NCBI GenBank assembly: GCA_022340465.1
Contig: JAJDNW010000033.1
Location: forward strand, 44,213-108,212
Direction: 5' to 3'
Origin: Deltaproteobacteria bacterium
Lineage (GTDB): Bacteria; Desulfobacterota; Desulfobacteria; Desulfobacterales; B30-G6
Length of the DNA stretch: 64,000 bases
This document shows positions 29,444 through 38,363 of this stretch, piece after piece. The position numbers were made by a program, and so were the translations under genes. Under the pieces are notes generated by a model, which was given only the letters and a program-made list of their open reading frames with translations, was not told the origin of the DNA and searched no databases. Numbering within the stretch: position 1 is the stretch's first letter; every line of letters starts with the position of its first letter.

Positions 29444-30442
29444 TCAGCGATCGAGATTGACCAGTACCCGTCCTGTCTGCTCTCCAGCCAGGATCCGTTC
29501 AATATTCTCATCCAATTGGTCAAGGGAAATCTCCCTGCAAAGGTCGTCTTCCATGTCAACCCCCCACTCGCCGGCCAGTTTTTCCCAAATCTTCAACCGG
29601 TGGGCCATGGGGCAACTCTGTGAATCGATGCCGATCAGGCGCACCCCCCGCAGAATGAACGGGAAAACCGTGAGGTCAAGATTAGCCCCGGCGACATTGC
29701 CACAGCAGGCAACCGTCCCGCCGACATCCATCGATTTCACCACGGTCGATAGGATGTCACCCCCCACGGTGTCGACGGCCCCTGCCCACCGACTTTTCAG
29801 CAGGGGTTTGCCGCCCGCATCCAACACGGCATCGCGCCCAACGATCTCCCTGGCGCCGAGGGCGGTCAGAAAGGCGGCACTCCCCGGTTTTCCGCTGGCG
29901 GCAACCACGGGATAACCGAGCTTGGCCAGGATGGCCACAGCCAGGCTGCCGACCCCGCCGCTGGCACCGGTAACCAGTATGTTGCCCGCCGTCCTGCCCA
30001 CCCTGCCGGTGACCTCGTACACGGACATGCCGGCGGTAAAGCCGGCCGTCCCATAAGCCATGCTTTTTCGCAGACTGAGGCCTTCGGGAAGCGGGACCAC
30101 CCATTCCGCGGGAACGCGCACGTACTGCCCAAATCCGCCCGGGGTATTCATTCCCAGGTCATAGCTGGTAACGATCACCCGTTCTCCGGCGGCAAAGGTG
30201 CCGCCGGCGCTTTCGACTACGACGCCGGCGGCGTCGATGCCGGGCGTATGCGGATATTTTCGGGTGACCCCCCGGTTGCACGTGGCGGACAAGGCATCTT
30301 TGTAGTTCAGCGATGAATAGTGGACCCGAATAAGCACATCGCCTTCGGGCAGCTCGTCGACAGTCTTTTCCTGAATGGATCGACTGCAGCTCCGTGAATC
30401 CGGTGCATCCACGACCATGGCGCGAAATTTTTTCTGTTTCAT
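29444..30442 (-). CDS. YhdH/YhfP-type NADPH:quinone (acrylyl-CoA-type) oxidoreductase
   Basis: MDR fold lacking zinc ligands, VTGASGGVGSLAV cofactor motif, 332 aa. Confidence 0.85.
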   Translation of the reverse strand: MKQKKFRAMVVDAPDSRSCSRSIQEKTVDELPEGDVLIRVHYSSLNYKDALSATCNRGVTRKYPHTPGIDAAGVVVESAGGTFAAGERVIVTSYDLGMNTPGGFGQYVRVPAEWVVPLPEGLSLRKSMAYGTAGFTAGMSVYEVTGRVGRTAGNILVTGASGGVGSLAVAILAKLGYPVVAASGKPGSAAFLTALGAREIVGRDAVLDAGGKPLLKSRWAGAVDTVGGDILSTVVKSMDVGGTVACCGNVAGANLDLTVFPFILRGVRLIGIDSQSCPMAHRLKIWEKLAGEWGVDMEDDLCREISLDQLDENIERILAGEQTGRVLVNLDR

Positions 30443-30461
30443 AACGTTACGCCCTTACCTA

Positions 30462-30535
30462 TACCGATTGCCATAAGTCTGTTCCGTAATAGAGGCCGTC
30501 CCTGATACATTCAAAGCGGCATATCATTACCACGC
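30462..30535 (-). promoter_or_regulatory. conserved promoter/leader module, copy B (upstream of YhdH-type gene)
   Basis: Transcription-sense GGTAATGATATGCCGCTTTGAATGTATCAGGGACGGCCTCTATTACGGAACAGACTTATGGCAATCGGTAT. TTGAAT, 17 nt, TATTAC. Lacks about 10 nt present in copies A and C. Confidence 0.55.
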
Positions 30536-30546
30536 TAATCCTGCGT

Positions 30547-30726
30547 TCAATGTCGGTTGATGCGATAGCTGCCGTCCAAACGCGCCCACATCTCCTCTAT
30601 TCTTTTTTCGAGCTTTTCCAGGGCCTCCCCGTAGGCATCCTCGGAAATCTCTCCGGACATTAGACGGCTGTCGAGATAGGCGCGCTCGTTGTCATACCAG
30701 CGCTCCGGATCGAAATTGTAGGTCAT
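30547..30726 (-). CDS. unlisted small ORF (59 aa), translationally coupled to the upstream gene
   Basis: Own translation: MTYNFDPERWYDNERAYLDSRLMSGEISEDAYGEALEKLEKRIEEMWARLDGSYRINRH. Its ATG overlaps the upstream TGA (ATGA at 30726-30723). GC-rich third positions. One residue below the 60-aa track cutoff. Confidence 0.5.
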   Translation of the reverse strand: MTYNFDPERWYDNERAYLDSRLMSGEISEDAYGEALEKLEKRIEEMWARLDGSYRINRH

Positions 30727-31622
30727 GTGCTTCCCATCATCCCTTCGACACGCGGCCTCGCTGCCAACCCCTTCAGCCAGTGAGCGGGAATGGCCGAAAG
30801 CCCCTGGTACGCCCCCAGGACCATGGCCACCAACATGCCGCGGGCGGAGGAATCGCCGCCGGCCATGATATTCTCAACGATAGCCGCTTGAAAGTCGTTC
30901 GCATAACGGGCGATGAGGTGCATGGCACCCGGCAAGGCCGCCTCGACGCTGCAGGCCTGTCCGAAATCGGCAATCGCCCGGCGTGTGTCTGTTTCCCGGC
31001 TGTCCAGCCCGCTTCTGACCAGCATTTCGATGGAGCTGTCTTTAAAATGACGTTCGACAACGGTTTCCACGGCCTGCAGAGGATCCCTTCCTGTCAGAAC
31101 GGCAGCCGTGGTGCGGGCGAAGAGTTCGGCCGCAGCGATCACGTCGACAGGGCTGTGGGTAAAGGCGGTCTGTGCCTTTGCCGCCCCGACCAGGGCTTCA
31201 ATATCCTGCGCATAATAGAGAAACAGGGGGGCTATTCTGGAGGCGCCGGCCAGCTCGTCGGATGCGGAACCACAGCTGTTGATATCCTTCCCGTCGGCCA
31301 GGTTTTGCAGCGTGTCCTGGGTGGCACGATCGACATACCCGGTGTAGGATGCGAACAAGCGGCGCCAGCGCCCGGCAAAATCCGCCAGATCAAACCCGGA
31401 AACCGCTGCCACGGATTCCAGCAACACCATCATCTGGTCGCCATAGTGGGTCTGCTCGCCGGCCTTTTTTCCCTTGTGATGCGATGTCAGCGGATCGTAA
31501 TAGTCGTCGACCCTGCCGAACTTTTTGTCAATGACGTGGGTATTGTAAACCCAGTGCGCCCCCAACGCCAGGGCATCGGCGACAAAAGAACCCATTACTA
31601 TCGCTTCGATCCGATCTTGCAT
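30723..31622 (-). CDS. ADP-ribosylglycohydrolase family protein
   Basis: MQDRIEAIVMGSFVADALALGAHWVY start and GGDSSARG near the C-terminus. ATG 31622 follows SD GGGAGGA. The 377-aa track version overlaps the upstream gene. Confidence 0.8.
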   Translation of the reverse strand: MQDRIEAIVMGSFVADALALGAHWVYNTHVIDKKFGRVDDYYDPLTSHHKGKKAGEQTHYGDQMMVLLESVAAVSGFDLADFAGRWRRLFASYTGYVDRATQDTLQNLADGKDINSCGSASDELAGASRIAPLFLYYAQDIEALVGAAKAQTAFTHSPVDVIAAAELFARTTAAVLTGRDPLQAVETVVERHFKDSSIEMLVRSGLDSRETDTRRAIADFGQACSVEAALPGAMHLIARYANDFQAAIVENIMAGGDSSARGMLVAMVLGAYQGLSAIPAHWLKGLAARPRVEGMMGST

Positions 31623-31671
31623 TGAAATTTCCTCCCGATTCCATCCCCCTTGAAAATATTCTCCGACGGTT

Positions 31672-32493
31672 TCACGCTGCCAGGATATCCGACAGCACCT
31701 CGTAATGGTCAAAGGGCGGCATGATACAGACGCCCGAAAACCGCTCCCGGGCCAGGGCAACCATCTGCCTGGCATTGGCCGCGCCCTCGGCAACCGGATC
31801 CTTTGCTTTTTGCATCCGGTCGCGCAGTTCCTCCGGTACGGCAATACCGGCAACACGCTCGTGCAGGAATTGGGCGTGGCGTGGTGTGCGCAAAGGCAGT
31901 ATGCCCATGATGAGGGGAAGGTCGATGTGCTTCACGCTTGTGGCGATAGCATCGGCGCCGTCCTGATCGTAAACCGGTTGCGTCACGGCAAACTGAGCAC
32001 CGGCCGCAACCTTGCGCTCCAGATGCCTCACCGCCCTTTGCAGCCCATTTTCCTCCGGATGGACGTCGAAGACCACACCGGTCTTCATCCCCGCGGCCCG
32101 GGCCATTTCGACCAGACCGTAAACGTCCACATCGCGAACGGTGCTTGTGTTCCTGCGGTCTTCCAGCGCCACGAAATCTCCCGTGGCGGCAAGCACGGAT
32201 TCGATCCCCAGAGCCCTGGCGCCCCAGAGCATCCCCTGCAGGCTCAGACGGTTGTGGTCTCTTGTGGTGCAGTGCAAAATGGCCGGTCGCGAAACGCGCT
32301 GTTGGATCAGGGCGCACAATGCCATGGCGCTCATACGCGGTTTTGCCACCGGGTTGGTGGCTACGCTGAACCCGTCGAAGGGCAACCCGGAAAGGCCGGA
32401 CAGGGCCTCGAGAACCGTCCCGGCATCGGGCCCTTCCGGTGGAACGACTTCCACCGTAATGGTGAATCGATTTTCTATGTGGGAACCACCCAT
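31672..32493 (-). CDS. methylenetetrahydrofolate reductase-like protein
   Basis: 273 aa, TIM-barrel MTHFR-like pattern (VEVVPP, ATNPVAKPRMS, HCTTRD, FAVTQPVYD). Confidence 0.7.
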   Translation of the reverse strand: MGGSHIENRFTITVEVVPPEGPDAGTVLEALSGLSGLPFDGFSVATNPVAKPRMSAMALCALIQQRVSRPAILHCTTRDHNRLSLQGMLWGARALGIESVLAATGDFVALEDRRNTSTVRDVDVYGLVEMARAAGMKTGVVFDVHPEENGLQRAVRHLERKVAAGAQFAVTQPVYDQDGADAIATSVKHIDLPLIMGILPLRTPRHAQFLHERVAGIAVPEELRDRMQKAKDPVAEGAANARQMVALARERFSGVCIMPPFDHYEVLSDILAA

Positions 32494-32576
32494 GCCAACC
32501 GCCCGCCCTTCATCAGCTCAAGAAAGAAAATTCGCCCCCTTAGCTTTCAAAACTATGTTACCGAAAAACAACGCTG

Positions 32577-33149
32577 TCAATTGTTCAACCGGAACAGGGT
32601 CACGTAATGGTAGGCCCCGATATCGTGGGTAGCCGTCAGCGTAAAGCCATAGGGCCGCAGGCGGGCCTCCGTTTGCCGGGGCGAGAGCCTGATGCCGATG
32701 GGCGGCCCCGGCGGCCCATCGATTTTCTTGAATTCGACGACGGCCAGCCGTCCTCCGGGCTTCAATACCCGCGCAACCTCCTTCAGCGTACCGTCGTCCG
32801 TGTTGTCTGCAACGAGGTCATGCAGCACGGTCGCCATGAGGCCCACGTCCACGGAATCGGCATCGACCGGCATGTGCCGGCTGACATCGGCTACCCGGGC
32901 CTGGATGGTGGCAATCCGCCTGTTGCGCATCTCCCTGTTGAGACGCGCTATCCCTTCTTCCCAAAGATCGAAGGCATACAGACGGCCGTCCGGGCCGATG
33001 GGCTTCGCGAAAAATAACGCGTAGTCCCCGCCTCCGCAAGCCACATCCAGAAAAGTGATGCCCGGCACGATCTCAAGCGCCTCGAGCAATTTTTCAGCGT
33101 CAATCAGGCCAAAACTGCTTTTACCGGCGGCGATGGGTTTATCTGTCAT
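32577..33149 (-). CDS. class I SAM-dependent methyltransferase
   Basis: Motif I FLDVACGGGDYA. Confidence 0.75.
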   Translation of the reverse strand: MTDKPIAAGKSSFGLIDAEKLLEALEIVPGITFLDVACGGGDYALFFAKPIGPDGRLYAFDLWEEGIARLNREMRNRRIATIQARVADVSRHMPVDADSVDVGLMATVLHDLVADNTDDGTLKEVARVLKPGGRLAVVEFKKIDGPPGPPIGIRLSPRQTEARLRPYGFTLTATHDIGAYHYVTLFRLNN

Positions 33150-33807
33150 CGCATGTTCCTTTCATTTTGCGGCCGACATACTGGAATCCCAGGGAGCTAT
33201 GGCCGTTCATCGTCGTCACCTCGATGTCATCGCTCTCCAGCACGGCAAACCGGGCGAAAAGCGATTCGACCCATGGACGGTCGTGATGCCGAAAAACGGC
33301 ACCCTCCGGCAGTTCGAAAACGCCGTATACGCCATATTTGTCGGCGGCCGCCCGGTATCGAAGGCGATTTCTTGCGTCCGATTGCAACCAGTAGTCACTG
33401 ACGTATAAAAGACCGCCCGGTTTCAGGACCGCTTCGATTTTGTCCACCAGGGCCATTTGGCCGCTGTTGGTCGGGATGCAGGTCAGAACCGCAAACAGAA
33501 TCACCATGTCCACGGATCCTTTAAGGGTGGACCAGGCGTCGGGTGTCAAGCCCCTGAGATCCAGATGGGGATAAGCCTTCCTGCCGCGCTGCACCATCTT
33601 TTCGGAAATATCCAGGCCCAGAAGATTCCGGTATCCCAAATCGTACAGAGCGTTCAAGGTTCTGCCATATCCGCAACCGATGTCGAGCACCCTGGCCGCC
33701 TTATCCAGCCGGTTGTCGAATCTTTCGACAAACAGGGGGTGGGTAAACGTCTTACCCTTCGCCACAGCGTCCCAATAAGCGGCTTGATTGTCCAGGGAAT
33801 TTTTCAT
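33139..33807 (-). CDS. class I SAM-dependent methyltransferase
   Basis: Motif I VLDIGCGYGRT. Overlaps the next methyltransferase by 11 nt. Confidence 0.75.
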   Translation of the reverse strand: MKNSLDNQAAYWDAVAKGKTFTHPLFVERFDNRLDKAARVLDIGCGYGRTLNALYDLGYRNLLGLDISEKMVQRGRKAYPHLDLRGLTPDAWSTLKGSVDMVILFAVLTCIPTNSGQMALVDKIEAVLKPGGLLYVSDYWLQSDARNRLRYRAAADKYGVYGVFELPEGAVFRHHDRPWVESLFARFAVLESDDIEVTTMNGHSSLGFQYVGRKMKGTCDDR

Positions 33808-33881
33808 CGTGCTTTCGTTCCCCTATCGATCTTCCTTGGCCGGACCAGGTGGTTCCGCGCGGCTCGGCCAGGATTTTTCCC

Positions 33882-34679
33882 CTAATCTCGGTTCAGGCGG
33901 TCTAAAAAGTCCATCAGGGCCCGGTTGAACCTGTCCGCCTGTTCGATATTGCACAGGTGGGCCGCGGAAGGCAGAACCACCAGTTCGGCGCCACGAATTT
34001 CAGCATGGATGGCTTCCGCCGCCGCCACCGGTGTACCGGGATCATCCTCGCCGACAATGATGAGCGTGTCAAGATCGATGGTTGCAAGGCGATCGACATA
34101 GTTCAAATCCAAAATCGCATGACCGCAGCCGATAAAACCGTCCACCGGTGTCGCCTGTATCTGTTCACGAATCCGGTTCACCACCGGGGGTGCTTTTTCG
34201 AGATAGGGACCCGTAAACCAGCGCGTCAGGGTCCCTTCCATCAGCACGCCCATTCCCTGCTCGCGGGCCAGATCCATACGCTCGCGAAACAGCGGCTTGG
34301 CTTCTTCCGGCAATACCGGCGCGGTATCGCACAGGGTCAAACTCAGCAACCGATCGGCATGATTCAGGCCCAGCGCCTGTCCGATCATGCCGCCGATGGA
34401 GAGCCCCACAAAATGGGCCTTTTCCACGTCCAACGCATCCAACAGCCCGACCACATCCTTGGCAAGCATCTCCAGTGAATAGGCCCCTTTTGTAACGTCA
34501 CTTCCGCCGTGTCCGCGCATGTCGTAGCGCACGACGCTAAAAAAGGGCTCCAGCACCGCAAGCTGCGGTTCCCACATCACCATGCTGGAAGCGAGCGAAT
34601 GGCCCAACACCACCACCGGCCCATCCGGTTTGCCCGTCAGTTCGCAATGAAGCTTTATGCCGTTTGTATCGATTAACAT
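33882..34679 (-). CDS. alpha/beta hydrolase (3-oxoadipate enol-lactonase-like)
   Basis: VVLGHSLASS and the nucleophile elbow GLSIGG, 265 aa. Confidence 0.75.
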   Translation of the reverse strand: MLIDTNGIKLHCELTGKPDGPVVVLGHSLASSMVMWEPQLAVLEPFFSVVRYDMRGHGGSDVTKGAYSLEMLAKDVVGLLDALDVEKAHFVGLSIGGMIGQALGLNHADRLLSLTLCDTAPVLPEEAKPLFRERMDLAREQGMGVLMEGTLTRWFTGPYLEKAPPVVNRIREQIQATPVDGFIGCGHAILDLNYVDRLATIDLDTLIIVGEDDPGTPVAAAEAIHAEIRGAELVVLPSAAHLCNIEQADRFNRALMDFLDRLNRD

Positions 34680-34690
34680 GTTCTCCCCTT

Positions 34691-35113
34691 TCAGACCTTC
34701 AGCCTTTTTCCCAAACTAATCACTCGATCGTTTGCATATCCCAGACGCTTATAAAAAACGATGACATCCCGGTTGGACTCACGGACCTGAAGATTGATTT
34801 TCGGGCAGCCAGCGGCGGCCAACATCGATTCCACATGTCGCATCAGCCGGGTGGCAATGCCTTTGCGCCGATGCGCCGGGGACACGGCCAGGTAGTTGAT
34901 CCATCCCCGGTGTCCCTCATAGCCCGCCATACAGCTCGCCACCACTTTCCCGTCCAGCACCCCAACCAGAAACCACTCCGGGTTCACCCGGCTCTTTCTC
35001 TCGATGTCCCTCAAGGGGTCGTTGTGCGGCACCACCAGGCCGCAATGCCTCCACAAATCGACCACCGCAGACTGATCTTCGTTCTGGTATGGACGGACAA
35101 CAATGTTTTTCAT
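34691..35113 (-). CDS. GNAT family N-acetyltransferase
   Basis: 140 aa, HRRKGIATRLM acetyl-CoA loop. Confidence 0.8.
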   Translation of the reverse strand: MKNIVVRPYQNEDQSAVVDLWRHCGLVVPHNDPLRDIERKSRVNPEWFLVGVLDGKVVASCMAGYEGHRGWINYLAVSPAHRRKGIATRLMRHVESMLAAAGCPKINLQVRESNRDVIVFYKRLGYANDRVISLGKRLKV

Positions 35114-35248
35114 GCCAAATATTTCCCTGATTTTATGCAGAAAATCAAATAAAAATGTGCGGCGTTGTTTTTATAGCCGTATTCGTATACATTGATTTTT
35201 CCCCATGCCGAATGCATGATCACACCAGCCCACGCTCAGGAGGATGCC

Positions 35249-36055
35249 ATGACAAAAAATGAGCCGTTGCTTGCCGAAGTCAAAAACCACGTTGCCTGGA
35301 TACGCATGAATCGTCCCGAAAAGCGCAATGCAATGAGCTTTGAAATGCTGAAGAAAATGATGGAGGCCTTTCATCGATTTGACGATGATCCCGATGTCAG
35401 GGTCATTGTCATCAAGGGAGAGGGTAAAAGCTTCTGCGCCGGCATGGAGCTGGCCGACCTGGCCGGCCTGATCGAGAAAAAAAGTGCCGATTACCGGGAG
35501 GTGCTCAGAAAAACGATCCTATACGGTCAAACCAGCATCAATATCGTCGAAACCTGCACCAAGCCGGTGATTGCCGCCATCCACAGTCACTGCGTCGGCG
35601 GAGGTGTCGACCTGGCATGCGCCTGTGACATTCGACTGGCCTCGAAGGACGCCCTGTTTTCCGTCCGTGAAACCAAACTGGCCCTGGTGGCCGATCTGGG
35701 AACCCTCCAGCGGCTCCCGAAAATTGTGGGAGACCCCTGGGCGCGTGAATTGTCTCTTACCGGCAGAAACTTCTCCGGGAAGGAGGCCTTCGACATCGGC
35801 TTTGTCACCCACCTTTGTGAAGACCGCGACGCCCTTTATGCAAAAGCGGACGCCATCGCCACTGAAATCGCCGACAACTCCCCCCTCTCCGTTCAGGGTG
35901 TCAAGGACACCATGCGGTTCTCCAGCGACCATGGCGTGTCGGCAGGCCTGCAGTACGTGGCCCAGAAAAATGCCTCTATCCTGATCTGTGAAGACGGCAT
36001 GGAAGCCCTCATGGCCGCCATGGAAAAACGAAAACCAGTCTTTAAGGGACGATAA
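35249..36055 (+). CDS. enoyl-CoA hydratase/isomerase (crotonase) family protein
   Basis: RPEKRNAM, GEGKSFCAGMEL. ATG 35249 is preceded by SD AGGAGG. Confidence 0.85.
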   Translation: MTKNEPLLAEVKNHVAWIRMNRPEKRNAMSFEMLKKMMEAFHRFDDDPDVRVIVIKGEGKSFCAGMELADLAGLIEKKSADYREVLRKTILYGQTSINIVETCTKPVIAAIHSHCVGGGVDLACACDIRLASKDALFSVRETKLALVADLGTLQRLPKIVGDPWARELSLTGRNFSGKEAFDIGFVTHLCEDRDALYAKADAIATEIADNSPLSVQGVKDTMRFSSDHGVSAGLQYVAQKNASILICEDGMEALMAAMEKRKPVFKGR

Positions 36056-36056
36056 A

Positions 36057-36965
36057 ATGAAAACGATGACCTATGAAGTTGACGGTGCCATCGCCCGGAT
36101 TACACTGAACCGGCCGGAAAGAGGCAACGGCATCACCCTGGATATGCCGGTGGAGCTGAAACGGTGTGTGGAGATGGCCGACCTGGATCCCTCTGTGCAC
36201 GTGATCGCTCTGTCAGGGAAGGGCAAGGGTTTCTGCGGCGGCTACGACCTGGTTGCCAGCGCCGAAGACATGGGAAAGGCGCAGTTCGGCGATGGGAACG
36301 CCCTCCATGGATCGGCCGTGGACCCAGAAATCGTGTCCCGGAATCATGACCCGTCGGAAACCTGGGACCCCATGACGGACTACCAGATGATGAGCCGCAA
36401 CGTACGCGGTTTCATGAGCCTGTTCAACGCCGACAAACCGGTGGTGTGCAAGGTCCAGGGGTTTTGTGTCGCCGGCGGAACCGACATGGCCCTGTGCAGC
36501 GATCTTCTGGTGATTGCCGAAAATGCCAAGATCGGCTACCCCCCGGCACGGGTGTGGGGCTCGCCCACCACGTCCATCTGGGCGTATCGCATCGGCATCG
36601 AAAAGGCCAAGCGCCTGCTGTTTACCGGCGACTGCCTGAACGGTAAAGAAGCCGTCGAATGGGGCCTGGCCATCGAATGTGCCCCCCCGGAAAGACTGGA
36701 CGAGCGTTTCGAAGTCCTGCTCGGACGCATCGCCCGCATGCCCATCAACCAGCTTATGATGATGAAGCTGTTGGTCAACCAGACCGTGCATGCCGCCGGA
36801 CTGCAGACCACCCAGATACTGGGAACCGTGTTTGACGGCATTACCCGTCACACCAGGGAGGGCTACGCCTTTCAGCAGCGCGCCGCCGAGGTCGGCTTCA
36901 AACAGGCTGTGCGTGAACGCGACGACCCTTTCGGCGATTGCGGCCCGAGCACGTTCAAAGGCTGA
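36057..36965 (+). CDS. enoyl-CoA hydratase-related (crotonase fold) protein
   Basis: ITLNRPERGNG, GKGKGFCGGYDL. ATG 36057 is 1 nt after the upstream stop. Confidence 0.8.
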   Translation: MKTMTYEVDGAIARITLNRPERGNGITLDMPVELKRCVEMADLDPSVHVIALSGKGKGFCGGYDLVASAEDMGKAQFGDGNALHGSAVDPEIVSRNHDPSETWDPMTDYQMMSRNVRGFMSLFNADKPVVCKVQGFCVAGGTDMALCSDLLVIAENAKIGYPPARVWGSPTTSIWAYRIGIEKAKRLLFTGDCLNGKEAVEWGLAIECAPPERLDERFEVLLGRIARMPINQLMMMKLLVNQTVHAAGLQTTQILGTVFDGITRHTREGYAFQQRAAEVGFKQAVRERDDPFGDCGPSTFKG

Positions 36966-37026
36966 TAAAAAATGCTCCGCATTTTATATCTAACGCGACT
37001 TCGTCGCTATTAAGGTAAACCGCGCT

Positions 37027-37194
37027 ATGTCTCTCACCGTTTTGATTGTTCTGGCGCACCCGGACCCGAAAAGCTTCAATCACGCCATTACCGCTTCGGC
37101 CGTCGAAAGCCTGGAAAAAAAATGGTCATACCGTTTGTTTTCATGGCGCTGCTCTTTCTGCACCAACGTTCCCCCAATTACATCATCTTGTTGA
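37027..37194 (+). pseudogene. remnant of a flavodoxin-like NAD(P)H (quinone) oxidoreductase
   Basis: MSLTVLIVLAHPDPKSFNHAITASAVESLEK matches N-termini of that fold. The frame breaks at an A8 run (37115-37122). No recognisable continuation; the rest overlaps the 3' end of the minus-strand YkgJ gene. Confidence 0.45.
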
Positions 37195-37765
37195 TGACGA
37201 TCCCGTGGGACCTGCCGAAAGCCATGACCTCTTCGGGCCTCGAGTCACCGGCCGCGTAGGTCTGGAAAAATTTGGGGGCCTCGAGCATGTGCAGGACGTA
37301 GGAGAGGTGACCTGAATATCCATTGCCGTCCAACCGCTGCAGAGCGGCAATGGCTTCTGCACCGCGTGCCATGACCTGGCGGTGCACCCGGGGCGGAGCA
37401 TCCCGGGTGCAGACGTGCAGACTGTACACCCGTCTGCAGGCGAACGGCCTGTCCGCATATATCATACAGGCCCTGTTTTTCATTAAAAAGGCGCAGGGCC
37501 CCGTTTTACCCGCCTCGCGTCTCTTCATGTCCCGGGCCAGGGCCTTCTTGACCCGGGTCTGCCGTGCGCGGGGCATCTTCCTGACGGCATTGCGGATCAT
37601 CATCCCTTCCAGGGTCGTGATGTCGATGCTGCCCGCATCCGTGCAGCAGAAGGCACAACCCTTTGAGCACGCTGCCTCGCGGCGGCAGGCGGCGGTGTCC
37701 GCATCGAAGGCGGCATATATACTGGCTGCTTCCAGAAATTTATTTTCCATCCGCCAGACGCTCAC
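37178..37765 (-). CDS. YkgJ/UPF0153-type cysteine-cluster protein, paralog 2
   Basis: CSKGCAFCC and GPCAFLMKNRACMIYADRPFACRR motifs. GTG 37765 overlaps the upstream stop (GTGA). Alternative ATG at 37750. Confidence 0.65.
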   Translation of the reverse strand: MSVWRMENKFLEAASIYAAFDADTAACRREAACSKGCAFCCTDAGSIDITTLEGMMIRNAVRKMPRARQTRVKKALARDMKRREAGKTGPCAFLMKNRACMIYADRPFACRRVYSLHVCTRDAPPRVHRQVMARGAEAIAALQRLDGNGYSGHLSYVLHMLEAPKFFQTYAAGDSRPEEVMAFGRSHGIVINKMM

Positions 37766-38307
37766 CTCTTTCCCGGCTTATAGCCTGAGAGCGCCTTCCA
37801 CAAAGCCAGTCCGCCGACGGCACCGATAACCCCCTGCACCGCGTTGGGAAAGATCTCGACAATGGCGGCCCCGATATCGGTTACGGCAAATGCCGGCATG
37901 GATTTCCCTATGGCGGGATAGATGTAGGCTTCGAACGCAAAATAGCCCACCACCACCGTAAAACCACCCGCAAAAGCGGCAATCGTTCGCAGGGTGAGCG
38001 TTTTGCCCCTGGCCCCGGACGCGATAAGTCCCACCAGAAAACCCTCCAACCCTTTGGTCACCAGGGTTGCCGGAATAAATACGGGGAATCCAATGGCGTC
38101 GGCGATGGTGGGGCCGATCCCACCGACCAGCGCACCGGCCAGCGGCCCCAGCCACAAACCGGCCAGGACGACAAACACGTCACCGATGTTGAAATACCCG
38201 GTTGTCGCCGGAATGGGAATGCGGATAACCATGGTTGCAATGGCCGCTAACGCTATCAGTCCCGCCACGATTGCGGTTGTCGCATAGGTCCACGTTCTTT
38301 CCTTCAT
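37762..38307 (-). CDS. ECF-transporter substrate-specific (S) component-like membrane protein
   Basis: 181 aa, about six hydrophobic segments, IRIPIP..GYFNIGD pattern typical of S components. SD AAGGAGGA. Confidence 0.6.
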   Translation of the reverse strand: MKERTWTYATTAIVAGLIALAAIATMVIRIPIPATTGYFNIGDVFVVLAGLWLGPLAGALVGGIGPTIADAIGFPVFIPATLVTKGLEGFLVGLIASGARGKTLTLRTIAAFAGGFTVVVGYFAFEAYIYPAIGKSMPAFAVTDIGAAIVEIFPNAVQGVIGAVGGLALWKALSGYKPGKR

Positions 38308-38363
38308 CGTTCTTCCTCCTTGATACCAATAAATTGAAGCGTCAAAGACTCAAAACACTTTAT

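Noticed and set aside
31623-31856. Long version (377 aa) of the ADP-ribosylglycohydrolase ORF
   Set aside because: The extra 77 residues overlap the MTHFR-like gene and look non-protein-like. ATG 31622 has a strong GGGAGGA SD and gives the family-typical N-terminus.
27817-32607. Several 200-300-aa plus-strand ORFs (27817-28665, 27981-28640, 30780-31625, 31705-32607) opposite the minus-strand hydrolase/ARH/MTHFR genes
   Set aside because: All overlap well-supported minus-strand genes. They have Arg/Pro/His-rich compositions and lack start-site signals.
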